Part shown: positions 8,819 to 19,415 of the stretch, one piece after another
Numbering within the stretch: the first letter of the stretch is position 1
Layout: each line of letters begins with the position of its first letter
DNA from: Alphaproteobacteria bacterium
GTDB lineage: Bacteria > Pseudomonadota > Alphaproteobacteria > Rickettsiales > UBA998
NCBI GenBank assembly: GCA_043765375.1
Contig: JAYUJH010000041.1
Coordinates: 3,325-67,324, forward strand
Length of the DNA: 64,000 nt
Direction: 5' to 3'
Program-made: the position numbers and the translations under genes
The notes under the pieces: generated by a model
The model's input: the letters and a program-made list of their open reading frames with translations, nothing else
Databases searched by the model: none
What the model was told of the DNA's origin: nothing

Positions 8819-10059
8819 CAACAATGCTGGAGATGGGCAAAAAAGCAAAAGCGGCTTACAGAGTTTTGTCATTAGCAGGTTCTGCGCAAAAAAACACGGC
8901 GTTGCAAGCATCAGCAAAGGCGTTGCTTGAACGAAATGCGCAAATAATCGCCGCTAATCATATTGATATGGACAATGGACGCAATAAACAATTATCCGCT
9001 GCTATGTTGGATAGGTTGCACTTGAACGAGGCTCGCATTAAAGCAATCAGTGATGGTATGTTGGCGATTGCTTTAATGCCAGATCCTGTTGGGTGTGAAT
9101 TGGAGGCTTGGGATCGTCCAAGTGGGTTGCATATTCGTAAAGTCACAGTCCCGCTTGGGGTGATTGGTATCATCTATGAATCCCGCCCGAACGTCACCGC
9201 AGATGCAGGGGCAATATGTCTGAAATCAGGGAATGCAGCGATTTTGCGGGCGGGGGCGGATAGTTTGCACTCGTCGCAAGCGATTATGGAGTGTTTGCGC
9301 ATCGGTTTGGTGCAATCTGGTTTGCCTGAAGATTGCTTGCAATTAGTGCAATCAGTTGATCGGGCGATAGTTGGTGAAATGTTGCAATTGGTTGATTATA
9401 TTGATGTGATTGTGCCTCGTGGTGGCAAAAGCCTAACTGCACGAGTGGATAGCGAATCTCGCATTCCAACGATTTTGCATCTTGATGGTAATTGTCATAT
9501 TTATGTTCACGCAGCAGCAGATTTAGCCAAAACTTTGCGAGTGGTGAATAATGCAAAATTGCGCCGCACTGGGGTTTGTGGGGCGGCAGAATCATTATTA
9601 ATTGATGCAGAAATTGCGTCCGAATTTTTACCCGCTATCATTAATGCTCTTCCGCAAGTGGAAATTAGAGGTGACGCTGCCGCAATGACAATTGACCCTC
9701 GTATTGTGCCAGCAAATGATGAAGATTGGAGCAGTGAATATTTGGATAAAATTATTTCAGTCAAAATTGTAGCAAATGTTTGTGATGCCGCTAAACATAT
9801 TAACCAATATGGCTCACATCATACTGATTGCATCATCACAGAAGATGCAAATATTGCAGCACAATTTTTGGCAAATGTGGATAGTGCAATCGTCATGCAC
9901 AATACTTCCACTCAATTTGCTGATGGCGGAGAGTTTGGTATGGGGGCAGAAATTGGTATTTCAACTGGGCGTTTGCATGCAAGGGGGCCAGTTGGTGCGG
10001 CGCAATTAGTCACTTATAAATATGTGGTAACAAGTGATGGTGCTTTGCGTGCCGTTTAA
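8815..10059 (+). CDS. proA: glutamate-5-semialdehyde dehydrogenase (gamma-glutamyl phosphate reductase)
   Basis: ProA blocks GVIGIIYESRPNVT, VPRGG and HTDCIITED. Start set to ATG 8815 (MTTMLEMGKKAK...), which overlaps the bcp stop as ATGA. The track start at 8764 lies inside bcp. Confidence 0.92.
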   Translation: MTTMLEMGKKAKAAYRVLSLAGSAQKNTALQASAKALLERNAQIIAANHIDMDNGRNKQLSAAMLDRLHLNEARIKAISDGMLAIALMPDPVGCELEAWDRPSGLHIRKVTVPLGVIGIIYESRPNVTADAGAICLKSGNAAILRAGADSLHSSQAIMECLRIGLVQSGLPEDCLQLVQSVDRAIVGEMLQLVDYIDVIVPRGGKSLTARVDSESRIPTILHLDGNCHIYVHAAADLAKTLRVVNNAKLRRTGVCGAAESLLIDAEIASEFLPAIINALPQVEIRGDAAAMTIDPRIVPANDEDWSSEYLDKIISVKIVANVCDAAKHINQYGSHHTDCIITEDANIAAQFLANVDSAIVMHNTSTQFADGGEFGMGAEIGISTGRLHARGPVGAAQLVTYKYVVTSDGALRAV

Positions 10060-10150
10060 TATGGTTCATAATTTTTCACTCATTGCATTTTATTGATAAA
10101 TAAAAATATGGTTGGTGCAATTATAGCTTGCCTTATCTAGCTCAATTGAC

Positions 10151-10780
10151 TCACCTCACATATCGTAGCAATTCTGCTGCCATTTTCTCTGCGGAATCTT
10201 CTTGAGTAAAATGCGTGATATATTTACCAGTTTTGTCCATCAAATAGATAAAATCGGAATGATTAATATTACCATTTTTCGTAAGCAATTTCCCCGCTTC
10301 ATAATAAACTTTGAATGCGTTCGCTGCTTGTTTAGTTTGCGCTTCCGTCCCAGTTAATGCCATGAAACTTGGGTGAAAATTGCTGATATATTCTCGCATA
10401 ACTGAGGGATTATCGTGATTTGGGTCAATGCTAATGAAAATTGGGCGCACATCATCGCTTAAGTTACCAATTTTATCCAACGCATTTGTTATATTTCCAA
10501 GTGTAGTTGGGCAAACTGCGGGGCAGGAAGTAAAACCAAAATATACCAGTGAAAAATATCCCTGCAAAATAGATTCATCAACTTTATTTTCATTCGCATC
10601 AATCAGTTGGAACTTTCCTCCAATTTCAGCCTCGCCTGTGGTTGGAGATCGCCTATTTTGTTGCTTACCAATTCCTGCTTCACCCTCACCAATATTTGGT
10701 ATGGGTTGAATTGTCCAAACGGCAAGCCCTGCTGCTGCAATCAACGCCAAACTGATAATCAAACTTAGATATTTACGCAT
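10151..10780 (-). CDS. SCO1/SenC family copper chaperone
   Basis: 209 aa. N-terminal TM/signal and the thioredoxin-like motif FGFTSCPAVCPTTL (CxxxC). Confidence 0.88.
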   Translation of the reverse strand: MRKYLSLIISLALIAAAGLAVWTIQPIPNIGEGEAGIGKQQNRRSPTTGEAEIGGKFQLIDANENKVDESILQGYFSLVYFGFTSCPAVCPTTLGNITNALDKIGNLSDDVRPIFISIDPNHDNPSVMREYISNFHPSFMALTGTEAQTKQAANAFKVYYEAGKLLTKNGNINHSDFIYLMDKTGKYITHFTQEDSAEKMAAELLRYVR

Positions 10781-10816
10781 ATATGCCCCTTATGCTTCCT
10801 TATTCTTCACGAAATG

Positions 10817-12292
10817 TTATTCTTCACGGAATGATTTGCTAAATGAATCACGAATTGGCGAAAATAAATATTGCAACAAAGTGCGCTCACCCGTAACAAT
10901 TAACACATCTGTTGGCATTCCGGGATATAATTCTACATTATCAAGATGGCTCAATTCATCGCTATCAACTACAACACGAGCTTTATAATATGATGTTCCA
11001 CGTTGCAAATCATCAAATCTATCAGCTGAAATATTCGCAACTCGCCCCTTGATTGGTGGCACAAACCTTGCTTTGTAAGCACTGAGGCGCACACTTGCTT
11101 CCAGCCCATCACGCACTACATCAATATCTTGCGGTTGAACCATCGCTTCCACGATTAGCGCATCATCTTTTGGAATAATATCCATCAATTTATCACCGGG
11201 TTTAATCACCCCACCGACCGTATGCACTTGTAAATCCGTCACTTTGCCCGTTAATGGTGCAACGATATTAATACGGGTGAAGGTATCTTCACTCGCACGA
11301 ATGCGCTCTTCAATGTCGGATAAGTTTGCCTGCGTTTCCTTGAACTCAACGTTCACCTCATTCAAAAAACTGTTGCTGGTATTGATTATTTCAATCTCAG
11401 ATTCGCCAATGCTTTGACGCGCCCGAGATACTCCCGCTACCGCCTCGCCCAAAGATCCTTCCAGCGCAGATTTTTGCCGTTGCAATGATAGCAACCGAGA
11501 TTTCGGCGCATTATTATTTGCCACCAACTGAGCCACTGATTGAATCTCTTGATTCACAAATCCAATTTGGTTACGGCTTGACGATGCTTGCGATTCCAAT
11601 CCTCGTATTTCATCTTTATATTGCTGAATCTTTTGACGATGAATAGCAATTTTTCCTTTCACACTATTGCGCCTTGAATCAAATAATCTGCGCTGATTTT
11701 CTAGTGATTCCCTCGCCGTTATATCCGTTTGTTCAATATCAGTTAAATCTTTGCTAAATGGTATTTCACCCAAATCATCACGTTCGGCAATCAGCCTCGC
11801 CTCCGTTGCTTTGAGTGTTAAATATTGTTTGCGCACTAGTTCAAACCGAGCTTTAGCTGTTGTTTCATCTAGTCGCACTAAAATATCACCTTTATTAACC
11901 GCCTGTCCCTCACGCACCATGATTGCATCAACAATTCCACCCTCCAAATGCTGAATGGTTTTTTTGTTGCTATCCAAAATTACTCGCCCAGGTGCAATCG
12001 CCGCACTATCCAGCGGAGCAATTGCTGACCATAGGCCAAATACGCCAAATAACAAACCAATTCCAACCAAACCAATTGAAATTGATTTGCGGGCGAAATA
12101 TTCAGGGGAATCAGGGTTGATTTTGCTTGGTAGGGGAGTCAACCATTGTGAAACCGCATCAATTTTCTTAATCAAACTATCCGTTGTTTTGTTTGAAACT
12201 GGGCTTGAAACTGCACTAGCTGAAGATTTTTGAGCAGGTAGATTTTTTGATGATTTAGCATTAGCGGGCAATTGAGGGGAATTATTATCCAT
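10817..12292 (-). CDS. type I secretion periplasmic adaptor (HlyD family)
   Basis: 491 aa. One N-terminal TM, long coiled coil, and a C-terminal HlyD barrel block (LSAYKARFVPPIKGRV...PGMPTDVLIVTGERTLLQYL). Immediately downstream of the ABC exporter. Confidence 0.9.
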   Translation of the reverse strand: MDNNSPQLPANAKSSKNLPAQKSSASAVSSPVSNKTTDSLIKKIDAVSQWLTPLPSKINPDSPEYFARKSISIGLVGIGLLFGVFGLWSAIAPLDSAAIAPGRVILDSNKKTIQHLEGGIVDAIMVREGQAVNKGDILVRLDETTAKARFELVRKQYLTLKATEARLIAERDDLGEIPFSKDLTDIEQTDITARESLENQRRLFDSRRNSVKGKIAIHRQKIQQYKDEIRGLESQASSSRNQIGFVNQEIQSVAQLVANNNAPKSRLLSLQRQKSALEGSLGEAVAGVSRARQSIGESEIEIINTSNSFLNEVNVEFKETQANLSDIEERIRASEDTFTRINIVAPLTGKVTDLQVHTVGGVIKPGDKLMDIIPKDDALIVEAMVQPQDIDVVRDGLEASVRLSAYKARFVPPIKGRVANISADRFDDLQRGTSYYKARVVVDSDELSHLDNVELYPGMPTDVLIVTGERTLLQYLFSPIRDSFSKSFREE

Positions 12293-12375
12293 GATATATA
12301 CTCTGATATGATTTTATTTCTGCATCTATTTTTAGACGGCTAATATTTGCCAATTATGGTTGCTAATATTGAGAT

Positions 12376-14064
12376 TTAAGTTTGTTGATATTGACGGATA
12401 ACTTCGGCGTTAGGACCAAATCTATCAATAATACCGTTTTTTAGCACCAACAACATATCAACATTAGCAACGATTGTTTGGCGATGTGCAACCACAATGA
12501 AAGTTGTTCCAGCTTGTTTCATGTTTTGCAAAGCTATCAACAAAGCACGCTCACCATCACCGTCCAAGTTGCTATTTGGTTCATCTAGCAACACGAATTT
12601 TGGATCACCATATAATGCCCGAGCCAAACCGATGCGCTGACGTTGTCCTGGTGATAAACTATTCATGCGAGGATTTACCTTGGTTTCATAACCTTGAGGT
12701 AAGCGCAAAATCATCTCATGACATTCCGCCATTTTACACGCTTTGATCACTGCTTCCATTGGTGCATTTTTGTTCATTCTGGCGATATTATCCTTAATTG
12801 TTCCCGTGAATAAATCAACCGACTGTGGCATATATCCCACATATTGACCGAAATTAGCACGATTCCATTTGAATGTCTCCGCTCCATCTAAACGCACTGC
12901 TCCATGAGATGGTGGCAATAATCCGATAATCAACTTGGATAATGTTGATTTTCCTGCCGCCGATGGGCCAATAATTCCAAGCGATTGTCCCGCTGCCAAA
13001 GAAAAAGTAACTCCCTTGATGATTGGTGCAGTATTTGGTGGCGTAAATATGATATTCTCAACTGATAATGCGCCAGTTGGTTCAGGCAATTCTAGCGTTC
13101 CCCGCTCAATTGTTCTGCCATTTGATAATGCATTATTCAAACGATTATATGAATCACGGGCGGAAATGAAACTCTTCCACATTGAAATTGCATTCTCAAA
13201 TGGAGAGAGCGCACGTCCAACCAATATTGAGCTGGCAATCATTCCACCAACCGTCAACTCATTTTTCAGCGACAGGTAACCACCAATTCCAGTCACCGCA
13301 ATTTGCACCACCAAGCGCAACACACGTGAAACTGATTGAATTAGGTTAGCCCGACGATTACCGTTAAGATTGTGGATTGAGGCGGCATCTTGATGTTCTT
13401 TCCAGGCGAGCTTGACATTCTCCATCATTCCCATTGCTTCAATTGCTTCAGCATTTCGCCCCGCAATATCCGCTAAAAAATGGCTATTAATTTGCTCTTT
13501 GCTTGCTTCTTCAAACGGCTTGCGGGTGACAAGTTCATTAAGATAACCAAATAATAGCAAAATCACCAAGCCAATAACCGTGATGAAACCGAGTATCGGA
13601 TTAATTAAATATACCACGATAATAAATATTAGTGACCAAGGAATATCCATTAATGTAGCAACTGAACCTGTGATAAAACTGCGAATAGAAGTCATATCAC
13701 GTTGATGTTGCGATGCGTTCACATATGACCCAAGTGATGATTTCACTACTGCATCTGCCAACAAATTAGGTGATATTTCTTGATCTAACCATTCACTCAC
13801 TGAAAGCAAAATAAGGTTACGAACAGCGAAAAACACTCCATAAAACACCAAACCAACAATCATGATGATGGTTAGCATGATTAATGTTTCAATGCTTCTG
13901 CTGGATAAAACCCGATCCAGCACTTGCAATGAATAAAGCGGCAATACCAACATTAACACATTGATGCACAAGCTAAATAACCCCGCATATACAAATGCTC
14001 GTTTGGCTTTGCGCATATAAGGTTTGAGTGGATTATCTATAGATGTGTCAAAAATATCATTCAT
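12376..14064 (-). CDS. type I secretion ABC transporter ATPase/permease (PrtD/AprD-like, no C39 peptidase domain)
   Basis: TM domain plus Walker A GPSAAGKST, signature LSPGQRQRIGLARA and Walker B VLLDEP. Start set to ATG 14064 (MNDIFDTS...). Confidence 0.9.
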   Translation of the reverse strand: MNDIFDTSIDNPLKPYMRKAKRAFVYAGLFSLCINVLMLVLPLYSLQVLDRVLSSRSIETLIMLTIIMIVGLVFYGVFFAVRNLILLSVSEWLDQEISPNLLADAVVKSSLGSYVNASQHQRDMTSIRSFITGSVATLMDIPWSLIFIIVVYLINPILGFITVIGLVILLLFGYLNELVTRKPFEEASKEQINSHFLADIAGRNAEAIEAMGMMENVKLAWKEHQDAASIHNLNGNRRANLIQSVSRVLRLVVQIAVTGIGGYLSLKNELTVGGMIASSILVGRALSPFENAISMWKSFISARDSYNRLNNALSNGRTIERGTLELPEPTGALSVENIIFTPPNTAPIIKGVTFSLAAGQSLGIIGPSAAGKSTLSKLIIGLLPPSHGAVRLDGAETFKWNRANFGQYVGYMPQSVDLFTGTIKDNIARMNKNAPMEAVIKACKMAECHEMILRLPQGYETKVNPRMNSLSPGQRQRIGLARALYGDPKFVLLDEPNSNLDGDGERALLIALQNMKQAGTTFIVVAHRQTIVANVDMLLVLKNGIIDRFGPNAEVIRQYQQT

Positions 14065-14109
14065 ACTCTGCAATCTAGCAAATAATATCAAAAAAGCCAA
14101 TCAAATAAT

Positions 14110-15168
14110 TTATATTTTTGTGAAACTGGTTTGCAAGCAAAATCCTTGTTCGTTGCTATGAGCGATGATTTCACCGCAATGTAATTTGATGATTGCCTGC
14201 ACCAAACTAAGCCCCAACCCATTGCCTTGATGGCTAGTTCGGGCTGCATCAGTGCGATAAAAACGTTGAAAAATCCTATCCAAATGCTCCACTTGCACAT
14301 GGCTACCACTATTTTTGATGGTAAATATTATTTCACTCGCATCACTTTGTAATGATAAATAAATATCCCCGCCTTCTGGTGCATATTTCACCGCATTATC
14401 AATCATGTTAGCAAATGCTTGAAACAACAAATGACGATCGCCGAAAAAATCAGTTTTTTGTAAGTTAATATGCAGATTTTGCTGTTTTTCTGCCACTAAT
14501 GGCTCGTAATATTCTGCTACATCTTCAATTAATTTATCAAGTTGCAACGCCTCTCCTTCGCTTCGCCACTTGCCCGATTCAATAGTGCGAATGCGTAGCA
14601 AGGCGGCAAAAGTTGCAAGTAAATGGTCAGCTTCCGCAATTAAATTGTCAACATCTTCTTCAATTTCCAACCCTTCCAACTCACTTTTATCATGTAACAT
14701 TTCCAACCGATTTTTCAGGCGAGTGAGTGGTGTGCGCAAATCATGAGCTATCATATCAGAAACTTGGCGAACTTCGTCCATTAAATGTTCAATCCGAGCG
14801 AATAATTGGTTGAGAATATCCGCTAATTTGGATAAATCGTCCCATGATCCAAAATATGGAATGCGCCCTGATAAATCACCAGTTTGAATTACTTTATTCG
14901 CCGTATTTGCGATAATATTAATGCGATAAACTACCCTATCCGCAATATAAAATCCCCCAATAGCAAGGAAAAACAATAATGCAGATACGCCCCACCCAAG
15001 TGCAGTTACCAATTTATGGTTGCCGTTTATGCTTGTTTTTGTATATGCCAAATCCATAAAAAATAGCAATATTAGCACAGAAACGGTTAGCAATAACGTG
15101 AACAGCAAAGCCAGTGCAATGCTGGAGCTACGGCTTGGAGTGATGGATTTATGTGATAATTTATCCAT
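14110..15168 (-). CDS. sensor histidine kinase (two TM helices, very short periplasmic loop)
   Basis: H-box MIAHDLRTPLTRL, N-box NMIDNAVKYAP, G-box GNGLGLSLV, HAMP-like linker. Confidence 0.9.
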   Translation of the reverse strand: MDKLSHKSITPSRSSSIALALLFTLLLTVSVLILLFFMDLAYTKTSINGNHKLVTALGWGVSALLFFLAIGGFYIADRVVYRINIIANTANKVIQTGDLSGRIPYFGSWDDLSKLADILNQLFARIEHLMDEVRQVSDMIAHDLRTPLTRLKNRLEMLHDKSELEGLEIEEDVDNLIAEADHLLATFAALLRIRTIESGKWRSEGEALQLDKLIEDVAEYYEPLVAEKQQNLHINLQKTDFFGDRHLLFQAFANMIDNAVKYAPEGGDIYLSLQSDASEIIFTIKNSGSHVQVEHLDRIFQRFYRTDAARTSHQGNGLGLSLVQAIIKLHCGEIIAHSNEQGFCLQTSFTKI

Positions 15169-15180
15169 TATTATCGTGAA

Positions 15181-15855
15181 TTAATCGCTGATGACATAAC
15201 CAGAACCACGCACAGTTTTGAGCAATGGCTTAGGGAAGTCATCATCAACTTTGCGACGCAAACGGCTAATATGCACATCAATCACATTTGTTTGTGGGTC
15301 AAAATGATAATGCCAAACATTTTCCAGCAACATAGTTCGGGTGACGATTTGTCCTTTATTACGCAATAAATATTCTAGCAGGCTGAACTCCCTCGCTTGA
15401 AGATTGAGTTTTTTGCCCCCTCTTGTCACTGAGCGAGAGAGCAAATCCATCTCCAAATCACCAACTTCCAGTTTTGTTAATGCCTCGCCATCACCTTTAT
15501 GGCGGCGAATTAATGCTTCAACCCGTGCGAGCAATTCAGTGAATGCGAATGGCTTAACAAGATAATCATCACCACCAGCTTTCAAACCTTGCACCCTATC
15601 ATCAACTTCCGAAAGCGCGCTTAAAATAATGATTGGTGTGGTATTTCCAGCCCCTCGCAGGGTTTTCAAAATGGTTATTCCATCAATCGTTGGTAGCATA
15701 CGGTCTAGGATAATTATCGGGTAATCATTAGTGGTTGCCATTAGCAATCCATCTTTGCCATCATGCGATATATCAGGCGAATGCCCTGATTCTCGCAAGC
15801 CTTTGGCGATATATTCCGCTACATCTTTTTCATCTTCAATAATTAAAATCCGCAT
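15181..15855 (-). CDS. OmpR-family response regulator
   Basis: Receiver domain (MRILIIEDE...ILDRMLP...YLVKPF) plus a winged-helix output domain (REFSLLEYLLRN...VRGSGY). Confidence 0.93.
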   Translation of the reverse strand: MRILIIEDEKDVAEYIAKGLRESGHSPDISHDGKDGLLMATTNDYPIIILDRMLPTIDGITILKTLRGAGNTTPIIILSALSEVDDRVQGLKAGGDDYLVKPFAFTELLARVEALIRRHKGDGEALTKLEVGDLEMDLLSRSVTRGGKKLNLQAREFSLLEYLLRNKGQIVTRTMLLENVWHYHFDPQTNVIDVHISRLRRKVDDDFPKPLLKTVRGSGYVISD

Positions 15856-15888
15856 ATTCCCTCATTATACTTATATATATATCAAAAA

Positions 15889-16686
15889 TTAACTTTTCAT
15901 GCGCCAACCAATTGCGAATAAATGCTGCACCAGCAACCATAAACCCGTATTAATGCACAACATTATTATAATTCCTATATTGATATTGCCGTCACTATGC
16001 CCTGTCATTGCAAACCTAAACCCGTCTATCATATAGAAAAATGGATTATATAAGCTGATATTTCGCCATGTTTCAGGCAGGCTTTGAATGGAATAAAAAG
16101 TGCCAGAAAGAAACGAAAGTGGGGTGATAATGTAGTTAGTGAAAGCTGCTAATTGATCAAACCCACTTGCATAAACTCCGCCAAGCATTCCAAGCGAGGC
16201 AAGCATCATACTCGCTGTTATCACATAGAATATTGCAAGTGGAATGCTGTGAATGCTAAGTGGAACAAATATATATACCCCAATCATCACGGCGATTCCC
16301 ACCATTAATCCACGGGTAATTCCACCCGCAACAATCCCTAAAGTTATCTCCCAACCTTTCAGTGGTGGCATCAGATAATCAATAATTACCCCTTGGATTT
16401 TACCTAATATTAACGATGATGAAGAATTGGCAAATGAGTTCTGCACCACTGCCATCATAACCAGCCCCGCTGCCACAAATTGGCTAAACGGCATTCCCGC
16501 AACCATGCGTTTATCCCCGCCTAATGCTAAGGTTAGCACAGCAAGGAATAACAAAGTTGTTACAACGGGAGCAATTATTGTTTGATTCCACACCTTCATG
16601 AACCGCCAAGTTTCCCTGCGATAAACCGTCCAAACTCCCAACCAATTTGCCCCTGCGCTGATATTATGCTGCATGTTGTTTGCCAT
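15889..16686 (-). CDS. ABC-2 type transporter permease (YadH/NodJ-like)
   Basis: Six predicted TM helices, ABC-2 family look. Start set to ATG 16686 (MANNMQHN...), directly after the stop of the upstream 133-aa ORF. No cognate ATPase gene is adjacent. Confidence 0.8.
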   Translation of the reverse strand: MANNMQHNISAGANWLGVWTVYRRETWRFMKVWNQTIIAPVVTTLLFLAVLTLALGGDKRMVAGMPFSQFVAAGLVMMAVVQNSFANSSSSLILGKIQGVIIDYLMPPLKGWEITLGIVAGGITRGLMVGIAVMIGVYIFVPLSIHSIPLAIFYVITASMMLASLGMLGGVYASGFDQLAAFTNYIITPLSFLSGTFYSIQSLPETWRNISLYNPFFYMIDGFRFAMTGHSDGNINIGIIIMLCINTGLWLLVQHLFAIGWRMKS

Positions 16687-16690
16687 AAAG

Positions 16691-17092
16691 TTACTTAAAC
16701 CCAAGCTCTTCAGGTGAAAAATAAAAATAAACCGTATGTTTTTCTCCATCTGAAAGATAAACTTGTTTCTGACCTTTTATTTCTTTTGAATGTAATTCCA
16801 AAGAGCCATCTCTTTTTAATTTCCAATCTTTATTGATTGTAACCTTAGCTCCTTTGATTAAGCCAGCACGAACTCCTTGAAGAAAAATATTTTCAATTTC
16901 TTCGTCTATTCCTTCAGATAATTCATTAAAAAGTGAAGCGTTTATTTTTTCTTTTATTTTTGCAATTGCGTCCTTAAATCTTTCAGAAGGACTATAACCA
17001 ACAATTCCAACAATATCTAAATCATTTTCAAATGTGCTTATTGCTTTTTCTAATGTTTTAGACGAACCCTTCATTTCATGATAATTATTCAT
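16691..17092 (-). CDS. hypothetical protein (133 aa)
   Basis: Intact AT-rich ORF packed tightly between gap and the ABC-2 permease gene. No recognisable motif. Confidence 0.5.
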   Translation of the reverse strand: MNNYHEMKGSSKTLEKAISTFENDLDIVGIVGYSPSERFKDAIAKIKEKINASLFNELSEGIDEEIENIFLQGVRAGLIKGAKVTINKDWKLKRDGSLELHSKEIKGQKQVYLSDGEKHTVYFYFSPEELGFK

Positions 17093-17119
17093 ATCTTTTT
17101 CCCATTAATTTAATTTTAA

Positions 17120-18142
17120 TTATGCTGCACGTTGTTTACTCAATTCGTCACTTAAATATCTCGCAACTTCAAGCATTCGGCAGCTAAATCCCCACTCATT
17201 ATCATACCATGATGCAATGCGCCCAAGTTTGCCACCAATCACATAAATGGAACTTAAATCCACAATGCTGCTGTTAGGGTTATGGGTGAAATCTATTGAT
17301 ACTAGCGGTTCATCACAAACTGAAAGCACGCCTTTCATTGCACCATTTGCCGCTTTGATACATGCTTCTTTGATAGCCTCAACACTGATTGGCTTAACCG
17401 CATTAAATGTCAAATCCACGATGGAAACGTTTGGGGTTGGCACACGAATTGCCGTTCCGTCTAGCTTGCCGTTTAATTCAGGTAGCACCGCCCCTAAAGC
17501 TTTAGCAGCTCCCGTTGATGTTGGAATCATGGACATTGCGGCAGCCCTTGCACGGCGCAAATCTGCATGTCCCGCATCAACGATATTTTGGTCATTCGTA
17601 TATGAATGAATTGTCGTCATAAAACCGCTTTCAATTCCGAATGTATCATTCAATATTTTTGCCAGTGGTGCTAGGCAATTGGTGGTGCATGAACCATTGG
17701 AAATTATCAAATCATTTGCTGAAATTGTCTGATGATTAACGCCATAAACCACTGTTTTGATATCATCTTTGGCGGGAGCTGATAAAATCACCTTTTTTGC
17801 TCCACCAGCGAGGTGCAGTTTCAATTTCTCTGCGTCAGTGAATAACCCTGTGCATTCCAGCACAATATCCACCCCGAACTTATCCCAACCAATATCAGCG
17901 GGATTGCGTTGTTGCGTCACGGCGAAAGTTTGCCTGCCAAACGTTATTTCATCACCCTTATGTGAAACTCCACCATTAAATCTGCCATGAACTGAATCAT
18001 ATTTCAACAAGTGAGTTAGGCTCTCAATTGGAGCTAAATCATTAACCGCAGCTACTTTAATATCGTTATAGCCCTGCTCTTCCAATGCGCGCAAAACGCT
18101 TCTGCCAATTCTACCAAGTCCATTAATTCCAATCGTTACCAT
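17120..18142 (-). CDS. gap: glyceraldehyde-3-phosphate dehydrogenase
   Basis: INGLGRIGR NAD-binding motif and active site SNGSCTTNCLAP, plus WYDNEWGF. Start set to ATG 18142 (MVTIGINGLG). Confidence 0.95.
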   Translation of the reverse strand: MVTIGINGLGRIGRSVLRALEEQGYNDIKVAAVNDLAPIESLTHLLKYDSVHGRFNGGVSHKGDEITFGRQTFAVTQQRNPADIGWDKFGVDIVLECTGLFTDAEKLKLHLAGGAKKVILSAPAKDDIKTVVYGVNHQTISANDLIISNGSCTTNCLAPLAKILNDTFGIESGFMTTIHSYTNDQNIVDAGHADLRRARAAAMSMIPTSTGAAKALGAVLPELNGKLDGTAIRVPTPNVSIVDLTFNAVKPISVEAIKEACIKAANGAMKGVLSVCDEPLVSIDFTHNPNSSIVDLSSIYVIGGKLGRIASWYDNEWGFSCRMLEVARYLSDELSKQRAA

Positions 18143-18284
18143 GATTTTTTCCTTTATTACAAATATATTTATGAACATCATTACAACATTTTGCAAAGTA
18201 GTTCAACTGCTATAACCAAGTTATACATAGAATTATAAAATTATTTTGATTGTATTTTTGCACAAATGTTTTAAGTGATATTTT

Positions 18285-18584
18285 ATGGATAATATAGTTG
18301 AATTAATCACTGAACCCTTTGCACCGCCAACTCGTGATGCACCACGCATCAAACAAAAGATAATATTGCCGCAAACTTTGCAAAACCGCATTGCAGCGAA
18401 ATTATTACCAATTGAGAATTGTTGCGGTTCAGGTTGCAGGAAGTGTAATTATGGCAGGTGGCTCAAGGCGGAAAACCGCAACTGGGTTACGCTGTTTCAT
18501 GAAATCACCAAGCGCACCCCTCCGTGGATATGGTTGATATTAGTTATATGTTCATTTATATTGGGGTTGGTTTGTGGTGGATAA
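18285..18584 (+). CDS. small oxidoreductase-like-domain protein with C-terminal TM
   Basis: 99 aa. The CCGSGCRKCNYGRW motif resembles the CC-x-SGC-x-x-C signature of the 'Oxidored-like' family. Hydrophobic C-terminus. Confidence 0.5.
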   Translation: MDNIVELITEPFAPPTRDAPRIKQKIILPQTLQNRIAAKLLPIENCCGSGCRKCNYGRWLKAENRNWVTLFHEITKRTPPWIWLILVICSFILGLVCGG

Positions 18585-19374
18585 TTATTATATTCATCAT
18601 TTAAGCAACGAATATACGCTTTTACAAATTGATGTCCAGAACTCGTTGCGCAATTATAATTATCTATTGCATAATAACACGCAAAATATGACCATTGCGA
18701 TTGATCCAACAAATGGCGCAATCACTGACATTGCTTTGAAACATCATAATTGGGGCTTGCATGAGATATGGCTAACGCACCACCATAATGATCATATTGG
18801 TGGGGTGAATCAATTGGTGCAGAATTATGGTTGCATGGTGATGGGCAATGCTGCTGATGCGCAACGTTTGCCTCCGCTTAACTGCCCAATTAATGCTGAA
18901 CAATTTTCATGGTGCGGGCTTGATGTGAGTGTGTTGCAACTTGATGGGCATACAATTGGACATATTGGCTATCATATTCCAGCACTAAACTTGTTATTTG
19001 CGGGAGATGTGATTTTTTCACTTGGTTGTGGGCGAGTATTTGAGGGGACGCACAGCCAAGCATATCAATCATTGCAAAAAATTGCTGCCCTTCCGCCTGA
19101 AACAATATTGTGCATTGCGCATGAATATACACTAGACAACGCATATTTTGCTTTGCATGTGGAGGCGGAAAATATTTTGTTGCATAATGGAGGATTGCGT
19201 AATGTTTCATTGCAACAGCGGGTGGAAAATGTGCGGGAATTGCGGGCTGCCAAGCAACCAACCGTGCCTTCATTGCTGGAGTTGGAACTGGCAACAAATC
19301 CATTTTTGCGTGTTGATAATGTGGAGGATTTCACGATTCTACGGCAGTTGAAAGATAGCTTCCAACGCTCGTGA
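18574..19374 (+). CDS. gloB: hydroxyacylglutathione hydrolase (glyoxalase II)
   Basis: Metallo-beta-lactamase motif THHHNDHIGG, plus GHTIGHIGY and CIAHEYT. GTG start is uncertain. Confidence 0.87.
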   Translation: MVDNYYIHHLSNEYTLLQIDVQNSLRNYNYLLHNNTQNMTIAIDPTNGAITDIALKHHNWGLHEIWLTHHHNDHIGGVNQLVQNYGCMVMGNAADAQRLPPLNCPINAEQFSWCGLDVSVLQLDGHTIGHIGYHIPALNLLFAGDVIFSLGCGRVFEGTHSQAYQSLQKIAALPPETILCIAHEYTLDNAYFALHVEAENILLHNGGLRNVSLQQRVENVRELRAAKQPTVPSLLELELATNPFLRVDNVEDFTILRQLKDSFQRS

Positions 19375-19415
19375 ATTATGTGGAGTTGGAGTTGGTTCAC
19401 CTGGATTTTGGAGTT

